This document shows positions 1 through 12,649 of a DNA stretch of 64,000 nucleotides, piece after piece. A program made the position numbers and the translations under genes. A model generated the notes under the pieces. The model had not been told where the DNA came from. It saw only the letters and a list, made by a program, of their open reading frames with translations, and did no database searches. Position 1 is the stretch's first letter. Each line of letters begins with the position of its first letter. This stretch comes from Malacoraja senta. Its lineage: Eukaryota. The stretch covers positions 17,486,001-17,550,000 of the forward strand of contig CM075988.1 of NCBI GenBank assembly GCA_038087875.1. The letters are read 5' to 3'.

Positions 1-395
1 CCAAAGCTGCTGAAACATGTTGCGGTTACATGGGTAACAAGGCCTTGCCCAACTGACCATTCTTCATGGGCAAGAGGTCGCATGATACTAGACCATCCTA
101 TCAATGGCAGATTTACATTTTAGAGTCATACAGCATAGAAACAGGCCCTTCAGCCCATCAAGTCCAGGCCAACCATTGTACCCATCCACAATAATCCCTT
201 TTACCAGCACATGATCTGTGGGTTTCCATGCTTTAGCATTTCAAGTGTTCACCCATATACTTCCCAAATTATGTGAAAGTACATGCCTCCATCACATTGT
301 AGCCACCTTCTGGGATCCTCAGATTCTCTCTTATTCCTCAATTTAAACCTATTCCTGGTTAGGTGTTCCATACTAGAACATCCCAGATGTCCTAA

Positions 396-1148
396 TTCTT
401 TAGGGAATGGGGGTTCCCCTCTCCAATCATAGATGAGGCAGTTACTCATCTCCTCGGCACCCCGCAGCTCCGCCCTTGCTCCCCCTCCCCCTAGTCACAA
501 CAGAGACAGAGTCCCCCTAGTCCTTACCTTCCACCCCATCAGCTGTCGCATACAACACATACCTCCTCCAACCTCATCTACTGTATCCGTTGTTTAAGAT
601 GTGAACTCTTATATATCGGCGAGACTAAACGCAGACTGGGCGATTGTTTCGCAGAATACCTTCGCTCAGCCCGCCTGAACCAACCTGATCTCCCGGTTGC
701 TGGACACTTTAATTCTCCTTCCCATTCCTACACAGACCTTTCTGTCCTCGGTCTCCTCCATTGTCAGAGTGAGGCTAAACGCAAATTGGAGGAACAGCAT
801 CTCATATTGCGCTTGGGCAGCTTACAGCCCAGTGGTATGAATATTGATTTCTCTCACTTCAGATAGCCCCGGCATTCCCTCTCTCGCTATCCCTCTCCCA
901 CCCATCGCAATAGCTTCTCATTTTCACCCTACAAACAGCTTACAAATGGCCTGTTTCCTTAACCATCGTTACTTTTTTGCATATCTTTCATTCATTGTTC
1001 TTTATCTCTCCACATCACCGTCTATATCTCTTGTTGCCTTTATCCCTAACCAGTCTGAAGATGGGTCTCTACCCAAAACATCACCCATTCCTTCTCTCCA
1101 GAAATGCTGCCTGTCCTGCTGAGTTACTCCAGCTTTTTCTGTCTATCC
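396..1148 (+). mobile_element. Penelope-like retroelement 3' fragment with GIY-YIG endonuclease relic and terminal repeat
   Basis: 570-866 reads NLIYCIRCLRCELLYIGETKRRLGDCFAEYLRS...VAGHFNSPSHS...LEEQHLILRLGSLQPSGMNIDFSHFR* (GIY-YIG motif). Followed by a terminal repeat with a degenerate CTGAAGA...AAAC motif near 1055-1085. Confidence 0.9.
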
Positions 1149-1384
1149 TGGTTATATATATATATATCTGTTATACATTTTATAGCACTTTCCAGAACCC
1201 CAGAACAGCACAAGAAATGTACCAGTCAATTAAATATTTCAGGACTGCAATCACTTAAAGGAATTGTGCAGTAGTCAATTTCTGCAAACAAGGTTCTTGC
1301 TATCAACAATAGTTTCAGTTCACACAAATATAGTTATTTAGTGTGTCAATTTACTATTAGTTTAATAGTACTGAATTAGTTTTG

Positions 1385-1668
1385 TTTAGTTTGGTTTAGT
1401 TATACAGTACAGAAAGGTCCCTTCGGCCCACCGAGTCAGTGCCGACCAATGATCCCCGCCCACCAACACTATCCTACACACTAGGAACAATTTGCATCTA
1501 TACCAAGCCAATTAACCTACAAACCTGTACGGCTTTGGAGTGTGGGAGGAAACCGAAGATCTCGGTGAAAACCCACGGGGAGAACGTACAAACTCCATAC
1601 AGACAGCACCCGTAGTCAGGATCGAACCTGGGTCTCCGGCATTGCAAGCGCTGTAAGGCAGCAACTTC
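1385..1668 (-). mobile_element. tRNA-derived V-SINE (HE1-like)
   Basis: B-box GGTTCGATCC, V-domain GGAGTTTGTACGTTCTCCC and (CTAAA)n-type tail, all on the minus strand. Confidence 0.85.
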
Positions 1669-1977
1669 CCTAATCATTTCCCAGATTCACTAATAGATCA
1701 AGACAATGCTGGCTCTAGCCAGTTGTGCAGGCTGTGAACACGACTTTAAAGGCAGAGAGCATCAGACAGTTGAATTAGCAGATTCAACAACGCCACTTGT
1801 GATTTTGTATGCTTACCCCGACTGAAAATAATTAACTCACCAGAGCAAAAACTTTGTGGGTGAGAACCACGGGCTAAGGTCCTTCCGCTGCTGGACATTG
1901 AGGGACTGTGTCCAGTGGGGACACCCCTCTAACAAGGAAAGGAATGTCACTCTAGGGGGCCACATGAGTGGCAATGA

Positions 1978-2135
1978 TGTGTAAGAAGGAACTGCAGATG
2001 TTGGTTTACACCAAAGATAGACAAAATGCTGGAGCAACTCAGTGGGACAGGCAGCATCTCTGGAGAAAAGGAGTGGGTGACGTTTTGTGTCTGAAGAAGG
2101 GTCTGACCCAAAGTGAAACTCATTCCTTCCCTCCA
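1978..2135 (-). mobile_element. Penelope terminal-repeat fragment with partial inversion
   Basis: GAAGGAACTGCAGATG...GGCAGCATCTCTGGAG motif shared with the 396-1148 element. AGTGGCAATG is repeated on both flanks. Confidence 0.75.
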
Positions 2136-2249
2136 TAGTGGCAATGTTGCAGTGTAAGGAAAAAGGGAGATGCTAACAACACTGACCATGTTGAATATAT
2201 AGACACTGGGAAAGATTTTTGCATGGTTTTTGTTTTGAATTCTGGTATT

Positions 2250-2555
2250 GCATCACAGCACCAGAGAGCCGGGCTCAATCCTGACCTCGGGTGCTGTCTG
2301 TGTGGAGTTTGCACGTTCTTCCCGCAACCGCTTGGCTCCCTTCACGTGCTCCAGTTTTCTCCTCCATCCCAAAGACGTGCAGGTTTGTGGGGTTCAATGG
2401 CTTCTGTGAAAAGAAATGCCCCTAGTGCGCTGGGAGTGGAATGAGAAAGTGGGATAACACAGAACCAGTGTGAATAATTGATCAACTGTTGGCATGATCT
2501 TGTGGGCTGAAGTGCCTGTTCCCATGCTGCATCTCAAACTCTAAACTCAACATAA
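2250..2555 (+). mobile_element. V-SINE (diverged)
   Basis: GTGGAGTTTGCACGTTCTTCCC V-domain and CR1-like tail. Confidence 0.75.
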
Positions 2556-3165
2556 ACTGGTGACGCAGACCAAGACCTTCCTATCTGACAAGACTGATGC
2601 CTCATCCTATATTGCATGTAGCTCCATTCAATCACTGAGGCATCATTTTGATTCTGAGACCCAAGGGACAGGACCAACGTGCTGAAATCGCCAACTCTAT
2701 TTACGATTTAATCAAACTGCATTTGGCTGGCCTGTGGTTCCTGTGATGAATAATGCTGCTTTATTTTGCAGTGAAACAGACTAATGGCACACAAACTAAC
2801 AGCACACAAAAACTGAAGCAGAAAAAAACGCGGATGTTAAACTAAAAATGATAGAAGGATCCAGAATGTATACTGGTCTAATCACAGGAAATAATCCAAG
2901 CAGAAATGCCACATTTTAACACTTATTTTATATTGGAAGGAGCAACCAGTTCTATTTCAAAACATCTCAATGCAGTGGATATTTGAACCACGTTTGATAC
3001 TAAAGGAGGTGATCAAAGCTTGGTCAGGGATGCAGGTTTCAAAAGACCATCTTAAAAGGAGGAGGTTGGAGTAGTGGAAAGGTGATGTGGGGGAGTTCCA
3101 TTGCTTGGGGCATTGGTAACCTTCAAGTCATGGCTGCCCTAGCAAATCAAGGAGACTAGAATTAG

Positions 3166-3410
3166 TGTGTAGAAAGGAACTGCAGATGCATGTACTGTAT
3201 ATACCAAAGATAAACACAAAGTGCTGGTGTATCTCAGCCGGTCAGGCAGCATCTCTGGAGAAAAAGGATGGGTGACGTTTTGGGTCGGGGCCCTTCTTCA
3301 AACTCAAGAGAGTCAGAAGAAGGGTCCCAACTCGAAACTTCACTCATCCTTTTTCTCCAGAGAAGCTGCCTGTCCAGCTGAGTCACACCAGCACTTTGTG
3401 TCTATCTTTG
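3166..3410. mobile_element. Inverted pair of Penelope terminal-repeat fragments
   Basis: Minus copy (about 3166-3302) followed by plus copy (about 3310-3410). Confidence 0.75.
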
Positions 3411-4119
3411 AGGTTTCAATGAGGGTATCCCGGTATCTGAGAGGGTTGCCAAGTTGTGGAGGCTGCAATGATGAGAGGTTGAGTGAATGGCTTGAGTGGT
3501 ATTGCAAATTTAATTATAAAATGGGTATTGATGGTGAACAACTTGTGCTCCATTTCATCTCATCCCCACAGAGCATGCAACCCACATCAGAAGTTTTAAC
3601 ATCAACCTGAACAGGTCAGACCTTAATTTCACATGACAGACCCTCAGCTGGGTATAGTCCAACATTACTCTAGAAATCAAACCACTATTTTCTGATTAGA
3701 AATGTAATCAACTAAACTGAATTGATTTTCATCCATAACTGATGCACACTTCCTGAGCATTGAAGTGGGGCCCTATTAATGGACAGCTATATCTTGTCAG
3801 ACAAAAAACAATAAGAACACACGGTCAATTGTTCTACCTCACCTGCCAGTTTCAACTCGGATACACAACAGTGCATTTATCATTTAATGCAAAGAGGGTA
3901 TAAAATGTCTGCGGTGTAACGTCATTTGCATCCTAGATGATTTACATCTTCTGAAGTACGTTGCATTCCAGTTCACCATCTTTAGCAGCCTCTGTTCAAC
4001 CACCACAACCCCACAGTAAGACCAAGTTTAGGAAGTTACCATCACCCTGTGACCATTTTACAACACCACAGATTGGTTTAGTAACTAAAACACTTTCCGT
4101 ACGGCACCTTTTTAAAAAA

Positions 4120-4390
4120 TAGTTTAGAGATACTGCGCAGAAACGGGCCCTTGAGTCCACACCGACCAGTGATCCCCACACATTAACACTACCCCACACA
4201 CACTCGGGACAATTTTTTACACTATTCCAAGCCAATTAACCTACAAACCTGTACGTCTTTGGAGTGTGGGAGGAAAGCGTAGATCTCGAAGAAAACCCAC
4301 AGGTCACGGGGAGAACGTACAAACTTCGTACAGACAGCACCCGTAGTCGGAATCGAACCTGGGTCCCTACGCTGTGCCACCGTGCCGCCC
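4120..4390 (-). mobile_element. V-SINE
   Basis: GGCGGCACGGTGGCACAGCG head, V-domain and CTCTAAACTA tail on the minus strand. Confidence 0.85.
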
Positions 4391-4467
4391 TGGATTTTTT
4401 CCAGCACATCCGCAGCAATCCTTCATTATAATAATGACTAAAATTCAGAAGCCCTGACTCTGAAGAA

Positions 4468-4805
4468 AGTAAGTAAGTTTATTGGCCAAGTATTCACATA
4501 CAAGGAATTTGCCTTGGTGCTCCGCCCACAAGTAACAACATGACATACAGTGACAGTTACGAATGACTCAGAGAACACTAAACATTAATAATAATAAAAC
4601 ATTAATGATAAACCACCATTGATCAAGCATGTGAACCAACAAAATACCAGATCAAAGGGAGGCTACAGATTTTTGGCTGTTGAGTAGAGCAACTACTCAT
4701 GGATAAAAACTGTTTTTATGTCTGGCTGTGGCAGCTTTGACAGTCGTCCAGAGGGAAGTGATTCAAAGAGTCTGTGGCCAGGGTGAGAGGGGTCAGAGAT
4801 GATCT
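4468..4805 (-). mobile_element. LINE 3' fragment (Rex1/RTE-like)
   Basis: AATAAA plus (ACTT)n tail on the minus strand; sequence HPGHRLFESL-like, typical of Rex1-type C-termini. Confidence 0.55.
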
Positions 4806-5619
4806 GAAGGGTTTCTGATGGTCAGAAGGGTATCAACTCAGAACCTCACCTATACCTTTTCTCCGGAGATGCTGCCTGACCCGCTGAGTTGCTCCAGCAT
4901 GCTGTGTCTATCTTCGGTGTAAACCAGCACCTGCAATTCCTTCCCACACATTCAGAAAGCATTTCTTTGGTTGAAAAATATTTAGGATAAGTCAAGATTG
5001 TGAACAATCTAGTTCGACTTAGGTTATGAACATCTTTATTTCTGACAGTCAAAACCACTTGATAAGATCTTAAGATTCAATGGATATTGGCGTTCGTAAA
5101 TACTCAGCCATCCCCTCTCTGGCTGTGCCCTTCCCCTCCACCAGCCTGCTTTCTCCAAAGAAGATGGACTTTTTTACACAACTATAAACATCTAGTTTGT
5201 AGATCCTAGTTTCCTGGATGCTCTATTAGGGAATGCAAAACTACTCCAGGTGAAATCCCTGACCATGCGCCAATTTCAGCAATGGTTACCTGAAATTAGT
5301 CATAGAAAGATATGACACAGAAGTAGGTCCTTTGGCCCACAGCGATAACAATACACAAAACAGGAACATGCCCTTTAGCCCACAATGTCTGTGTCGAATA
5401 TGATGACACGATAAAATCTCATCTGTCTGCATGTGATCCATATTGCTCTATTGCTCTCATATGCTTACACCTATCTAAAAGCCTCTTAAAATGCCACTAC
5501 CATATCTGCCTCCAAATTAATCAAATCAACCTTATTTTTTCAATTCTCCTCAGTTCCATTAAATTACCCCCACCCTGACACCCGCACCCCCAATTCTATC
5601 CATTCATCCACACACTATG

Positions 5620-5960
5620 TCATAAATGATAGGGGCAGAATTAGGCCATTCGCCCCATCAAGTCTAATCTATCTCTCCCTCCTAACCTCATTCTCCTGCC
5701 TTCTCCCCATAACCTCTGACACCCGTACTAATCGGGAATCTATATATCTCTGCCTCAAAAATATCCATGGACTTGGCCTCCACATCCTTCTGTGGCAAAG
5801 AATTCCACAGATTCACCACCGTCTGACTAAATAAATTCCTCCTCATCTCCATCCCAAAGGATTAATTCTGAGGCTATGACCTCTAGTCCTAGACTCTCCC
5901 ACTTGTGGAAACATCCTCTCCACATCCACTCTACCGAAGCCTTTCACTATTCAGTACTTT
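5620..5960 (-). mobile_element. CR1-type LINE 3' fragment
   Basis: Minus strand encodes VVNLWNSLPQK, followed by the GGGCGAATGGCCTAATTCTGC tail. Confidence 0.85.
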
Positions 5961-5969
5961 TCACGTTTC

Positions 5970-6130
5970 ACTAGGGGCAGTTCAGAGTTAATCTACCAAT
6001 GCACAGGCCTTTGGGAAGTGAGAGGTAAGTGGAGCACCCGGAGTTGCAAACTCCACATAGACAGCGCCCAAGGTCAGCATTAAACCCCAGATCTCTGGCG
6101 CTGGGAGACAGTACCTCTAGTAGCTGAGCT
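5970..6130 (-). mobile_element. V-SINE fragment (old)
   Basis: TATGTGGAGTTTGCA...GGGTGCTCCA V-domain remnants. Confidence 0.6.
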
Positions 6131-6595
6131 ATCCCAAAACTATTCCTCTGCCCCGACTCAGAAAGGAGAAAAATTGTTCTTGATTCCCAGTCTTGTTGTC
6201 TGTACAGTGACTCCTGTGTAAGAGATGCACAGATGCGCAGATACGGACAAGATAAGGCTTGCTTGAATCCACTCATTCCTGCAGTGCGTTGAAGAATTTT
6301 ATGGCCAATTAGGTACCCAAGGGCTGAAGGCACCTGCAGAGAATCAATATGGAAGAACAAATTTCGACAGGAAACAAAGCCGGTGACAATAGAAATGTAT
6401 TGACATTGCTCTAACTTGACTTATTCTGTAAACCTGGTTTTCAGAGCTGAACGTCAAGTCTATGTATTAATTAAATAGATGAAGCATCAATTTTCTTTCC
6501 TTCTGGCAGACCAACATTGCAGTAGCCGATTTGCATCGGGAGACATTAAATCTCACTGGGCGACTGCGCAGAGCTGCCTGCTGTCTCTGCAGTGA

Positions 6596-6628
6596 GGGTT
6601 ACTACAGGTCGGCGACTGCCAGTAACCC
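6596..6628. promoter_or_regulatory. Paired inverted DR4 elements resembling LXR/RXR response elements
   Basis: GGGTTA-ctac-AGGTCG (+, 6596-6611), 1-bp spacer, then CGACTG-ccag-TAACCC (6613-6628; GGGTTA-ctgg-CAGTCG on the minus strand). Lies in repeat-free sequence inside a sterol-transporter intron. Confidence 0.6.
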
Positions 6629-8559
6629 AGCTTGCTGCCACTGTTGGGAGCTTCTGCATTTAAGCTCAGCGTGCAGTTTCACACAGTTGTCGGTCTGTGA
6701 ACACAAACAACACTGAGGCCACTGCAAATTTCCCCGAGGCAGAAAATAAATGCATTTACTGGTTTTTCATGGTCATATGAGTTGAGTAATGAGCAAGACG
6801 TTTTGTCCATGCTACGGTACTGAATTGCTGAGCGGTTTCACTAAGGCAAGAATAATTTGGAACTGAACTTCTTGGTGTTGCATTGATTCTGGGAGTCCTT
6901 GTAGCTTCCTTATCTTAAAAGGGATTTTTTTTTTTTTTTTAAACTTTAATACTTTTTTTATAATGGCTACTTCGGTGGGTATTTAAATTCAGCTGTATTG
7001 GTATGGGATACTAATCACATATAGAGATGTGTCTTTCCTTCCCAAAGGACATCTGAAACTAGGTGGAGCAACCGCACAAATATTGCCATTGCAACATAAT
7101 GCAATAAAAGGAACAAGTCAGGAGTGTGCTTGAATAGTATTGACGGTAAGAGGAACCGAGGTCTGAGGGATGACGGTTTACTGGCCGATCTAAATCGAGG
7201 TGATGGCTGGAGGCCTTGCAACAGACTGGGGCTCAACTGGGTCAGGTGCTGCTCCAAGGGATGGAGCCCAAAGGACCGGACTTGACCTATAGCGGCACGG
7301 AATGGTGGAGGAAGCCTAAATCTTCCCATATCCACGCCAAGCCTGCAACGTCGCCAAGCCAATGAGCATTTATGACCAGCTGCACTTAAAGCAACTTGGA
7401 CTTTGAAAATTGCGCCTAAACCTGGCGACTCATGTATATGGTCTCAGTGGACTAGTTCTACATACGTTGCATTTAATCTGAGATTATGCTTATGTACAGT
7501 AATAATTTACTGAATTGTATGCAAACAAAATCACTGTACCTCAGTACATGTTATAATAAAGAACCATTGACTTGCTTAGGTAAATGTAGGGTTTTCAGAA
7601 CTTAATAAGCATAATGCCAGACAAGATAAAACATGTTGTTTGGGTTTCCCCCCATGTACGACCTTAAAGATTCACTCCCCTCACCATCCATCCACCATAC
7701 CATTAAGTAGCACAAGGATTGCAGCTGCTCAGAAACACGTGGAATAAAAATGCAGGAAAAGCTCAGTTGTTCCGTCAACATGGGTGGAACAAGAAACCAT
7801 TAACGTTTCAGACTGAAGACCCTTCCTCAGTTCTGACGAAGGCTCTTCCACCCAAAATGTTGACCAATATTCTTTCCACAGATGCTGCATAACCTGCTGT
7901 GATTCATCAACATTTTCCGTTTTTTTATTCTAGATCATGCAGGTTAATTGGCCACTGTGACATGTCATTAGCGTGTAGGATGCGAAACTGGGATAATATT
8001 GAACCAGCGTACAATGTGGATTTTGTGCTGAGCGAAGACTCAGTGGTCAGAAGGGCTTGTTTCCATGCTGTATGTCTAAACTAAACTAGGCTAATCTGTA
8101 GTTTTTACTTCATATGTCTCCTTTAATTCACCCCCATCTTTGGTTCCTTTGTTGTCACTGGGTCAACATTTGCTTAGTAACACTCCTATGAGAAATCATG
8201 CTACATTATAAATGATATGTATTAAAAAACTGCTATTTGTTCAAGGTACCATCCTCACTGTCAATAATTCAACTGGAATGACTGGGAGCAAGATACTTTG
8301 AGGTCAGCAGATAGTGAGGAACAGACGTCCTAAGTGCTGGAAGGACATTTATTCCATTGGTGTAAGCTGTGGCATTCACTATTAGCTGATGTTGCTTTGA
8401 TCTTCATATCCATCCAAGCCACCTGAGCAGCCAGAAGGAGCTTCATTTTAATACCCCAAAGAGGAATGCGTCCACCAATGAATCATGCCATTAACACCAC
8501 GTCAAACATCTGCCTTGCTCTCATATTCAAAGTGGAGTTTGATCCCACAATCTACCGAT

Positions 8560-8872
8560 TAAGTTTAGTTTAGAGATACAGCATGGAAACAGGCCCTTCG
8601 GCTCATCGAATCCACTCCAACCATTGATCACACTACTTCTATGTTATTCCACTATTTGATCCACTCCCTACACAATAGGGGCAATTGTGCAGCAGCCAAT
8701 TAACCTACAAACCCGCAAATCTTTGGGATGTAGGTGGAAGCCGGAGCACCCGGAGGAAACCCACAGGGAGAACGTGAAAACTCCACACGGGCAACACCTG
8801 AGGTCAGGATCGAACCTGGGTCTCTGGCATGCGGAGGCAGCAGCTCTACCAGCTGCGACTCTATGCCACCCT
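8560..8872 (-). mobile_element. V-SINE
   Basis: B-box GGTTCGATCC, V-domain and CTAAA tail. Confidence 0.85.
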
Positions 8873-10284
8873 GTTTGATGGGAGCTGCCAGCTGATCCAA
8901 ACTAATGAAATGAAGGTATTGCACTTACTCACACCCATGGTTTCACACCAATAACAATTGAATTCTTCACTATAGAAGATATGTTTTCCCCCATCACCTT
9001 TAGGATCATAAAGTGATCCTAAATTAGGAATGGGAATCAAATCTGAGGTGCCCAAACTGTAGGTAAATCAAAATGAAAGTCCAATATCCAAAGCTGGTGT
9101 TTAAGCTAAGCAAGATAATGGATTTTCCACCAAGAATAATATCAAACAATTCAATAGAGACTCGGTCACCTAGATGAAACAATTATAGGATCAGATGCCA
9201 AACTTAAAGTGATGAAGGTATGAAACAGTTAAAGTATGACATTTATAGAATTACAGCATTAGTCTGAGGAAATCAGTCAGCAAGTAGATAATTCTTTTAA
9301 ATAATGTTGATGAGGCCACAATTCTTGGAGACACAAGGAACAGCAAAAATACACAAAGTGCTGGAATAACTGAGTGGGTCAGGCAGCATTTGTGGATGGA
9401 ATGGACAGGCGACATTTCAGGTTGGGACCTTTGTATTTGTTTGCAGTCAGCTTCCAGATAATAATGTATGGCACTTTGTAACAAATTATTGGTACACAAC
9501 TGCTCAATTTTTTTCTCACCTTTCAACTTAACACTACAGAAAGACACATGTTGTGAAATCAAGTTAGGCACCAAGCCAAGCAAATGAATACAGCAATCAA
9601 CTAAAAGATGAGCATTTTTGTCATGTGGCACTCTATGCAGCTCTGCATAATAACTAAGGAAAAATATTTAATTAAATTTGAAATTCAGTCATGGGAGTTC
9701 AATTAAAATTAAGTTGCGGACAGAGCTCTTTTATGAGAGCACACTTAGCATTAGTCAAATCATAGGACAAATTGTCCTAACTCATTTTTAGTCATATTTT
9801 ACAGAAAACACTTTGCAACCTGCACAGTTTGGCAAAAAGGTGCCAAAATTGGGAACTCTGACGCCTACTGTTATATGCCTTATGTACTGAAGGAGCCAAA
9901 ATTGTGCTATAAATTGAGCTGGATGTCATCTTGCCTCCATTATTAGTGCGCATACATTTAATACCTTCCTTGTGTATGCAGAGGAGGCATTGTTAATTAA
10001 GATGGCGCCCACACCTGGCGACTCTTTGCGTGCTGGTCCCGGAAGTGGATTTGCTTTCATACATTACAATCTCTCCACTCTTTTAAATCTTTATTTATCT
10101 GTACAATGTGGATGGCTTGATTGTAATCATGTATAGTCCTTTCACTGACTGGATAGTCTGCAACAAAATGCTTTTCACTGCACTTCAGTACATGTGACAA
10201 TAAACTAAACTCATTCCAAGGCCTCAGTACACACTCCAGCCCGTGCTCTCTTATATTTGCACATCTGAACATACATTAACAGGG

Positions 10285-10510
10285 AGGAAGGGTTTCAGCC
10301 CGAAACGTTGCCTATTTCCTTCGCTCCATAGATGCTGCTGCACCTGCTGAGTTTCTCCAGCACTTTTGTCTAACAGGGAGGAATAATGAAGAAAGGTCCC
10401 GACCCGAAACATCGCCTATTCACGTTCTCCAGAGATGCTGCCTGATCCTCTGAGATACTCCCAGCAGTTTTTTGCCTTCATTGGTAAACCAGCATCTGCA
10501 GTTCCTTGTG
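10285..10510 (+). mobile_element. Two tandem Penelope terminal-repeat fragments
   Basis: GGGTTTCAGCCCGAAACGTT and GGTCCCGACCCGAAACATC motifs. TAACAGGGAGGAA is duplicated at 10277-10289 and 10371-10383. Confidence 0.75.
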
Positions 10511-11146
10511 TCATCACGAATAATGCTCTCATCAACATTATTTTAAGGAACTATTAACTATCGACATGGTGTTTGGTGGTTGATTTCTGCAGACCAATGC
10601 TGCAATTTAGCAATTGTGTGTGGTATTTTCCATTGCTTAGGTTGTAAAACATTTTGGCCAGCACTGAAGATTTTTCGCTAACATCTTCGTGTTTGCCGGA
10701 TGTGGGTCCATTAGTAAACTTGGAACTTGGCTTGAGTGTGAGAATGAGAAGTGGGGCGGCTGAGTTGCTGTAAGGTTAAGCAGGAATGCAGAGGTGTTCA
10801 GAGCGCCTTAAGTGCACAAAAGTGGCAGGGAGAGGCAAGGAAGCAGGAACTGGAAATTAACTAGCAATCATCTCTGAAATCTACCACCCACATCAACCAC
10901 ACTGCAACCTTGGAGCCAAGCAAGGACTGCAACGGTGACCATGGCCATGCATTTTCTGGTGACAATGGCAATACACAAATCTGACACGTACCGTACAGCA
11001 CCTGATATGGAGATAGTTGATGTTTTCTTTAAATAATGTTGATGAGGGCATTATTTGTGGTGACACAAAGAACTGCAGATGCTAGATTACCAACAAAGAT
11101 TTTTTAAAGTGCTGGAGTATCTCAGAGGATCAGGCAGCATCTCTGG

Positions 11147-11289
11147 GGTGGGAGATTGCAACCTTCACGTGGTCCGCCCTGTTTCGACGAATGCAATCAA
11201 CCTGGCGTGCACAATCAAATAAGATCAAATAGAACAAGTTGTCCTACAATTTTAGGCTGTGCACGCCATACGCAAGAAGAAGAAGAAGA
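11147..11289 (+). mobile_element. Short retroposon with (AAG)n tail inserted in a Penelope fragment
   Basis: Perfect 15-bp TSD AGGCAGCATCTCTGG at 11132-11146 and 11290-11304; tail GCAAGAAGAAGAAGAAGA. Confidence 0.85.
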
Positions 11290-12649
11290 AGGCAGCATCT
11301 CTGGAGAACATGGATAGGTGACTTTTCGGTTCAGGACCCTTCTTCAGTCTGGTGAAGAAATTGCTCGAACGCTTTGTGTCTTTTTCGTAAACTAGCATCT
11401 GCAATTCTTATTCATGTTGACATCCTGCAGTTTCTTGAGGCTTTTGATTGAAAAAAGATCCAATGACATTTTATTTCCTATTGTGAGGGACCATTGCATA
11501 AACAGAACATACAAGTTGCTGGGATGAGGTTTATCTCGGTTCTATGGTACTAATGAATGCACACATAATGTTTTACCAGAACCATATTTCATCATTGCCT
11601 GACACCAGCATAGAACGACTGCATAATGGAGATTAATAGATTTCAATGCCTGGGGCCTTGACAACTGTAATGATGTCCTACTTATATGCCAGTCCAATTT
11701 GAATAATTCCCAGTGCAGGCTCAGCGGAGCTACTGCATAACTAGTGCAGATATGTTAAAATATTGGGTTCTTATTGATGTATGCAGTCAACCAACAGTAC
11801 CATTTGTAAGTGTATTGATTCTGCTACATGAACACATTGCCTCTTCACTGCCATCGCCAAATCTATTTTCTGTGCTTTGGCCTCCCAAATGCCTTGGTAG
11901 CCTCTCCACATCCTCACCATACCCTGACTTACTAGATCCTGACAGACCCCAACGAACAATCATTCATGAGAAGGCAAAGCAAGATGTGACTGGAAGGCTC
12001 CCTTCATTTGGAAAATGTTTCCATTGGCTCCTGGGTTTATGCCAATCTTAGATCAGGGACTCTGTTCTGTTCTTATTGTGCAATTCTATGTCAACCCAAG
12101 GAAAGTACACATAATCTGTGATCGGTAAACTAAACGAGGAACACACTCATCAGGTCAGGCAGCATCCACGGAAAGAAAAACACTTATCCTTTCACTTCTG
12201 AGACCCTTCATCAGAACTATGAAAGAATGAATGAATGAATAAAGACTGCAGATACTGAGCAAAGAAAATAGTGCTGGAATAAATTAGCAGGCCAGGCGGC
12301 ATCTGTGGAAGGAAATAGACAGACAACATTTTTGTTCTCTCCCTACTAGTCTAGCCTAGCCTGCTGGTTACAACTTGAACATTTCAGGTTGGGACCTTCT
12401 TCAGGAGAAAAGTTACCTTCAGCTGCAGAGAAGGTGAGGGAGAAATGGGTAGAACAAAATGAACACCAAAGTGATGGGATGAGCCTAACTGGTTTAATGT
12501 GATAGCGTCAAGTACATTGTACTTCTTTGTCTGTGATATGCATTGTTAATACGTGGGTTGTAGAACATGCCATGCAGTCTAGGCTAGGCTAGTAGAGAGA
12601 GAAAAGCATAGCCAATAATTACAAATGGATGACAGATAAAAATGGTGGA

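Noticed and set aside
1835..1930. Minus-strand mini-exon (acceptor TTGTTAG, donor GTGAGT) as the next ABCG4 exon
   Set aside because: The readable translation has no ABCG similarity and no Walker A motif.
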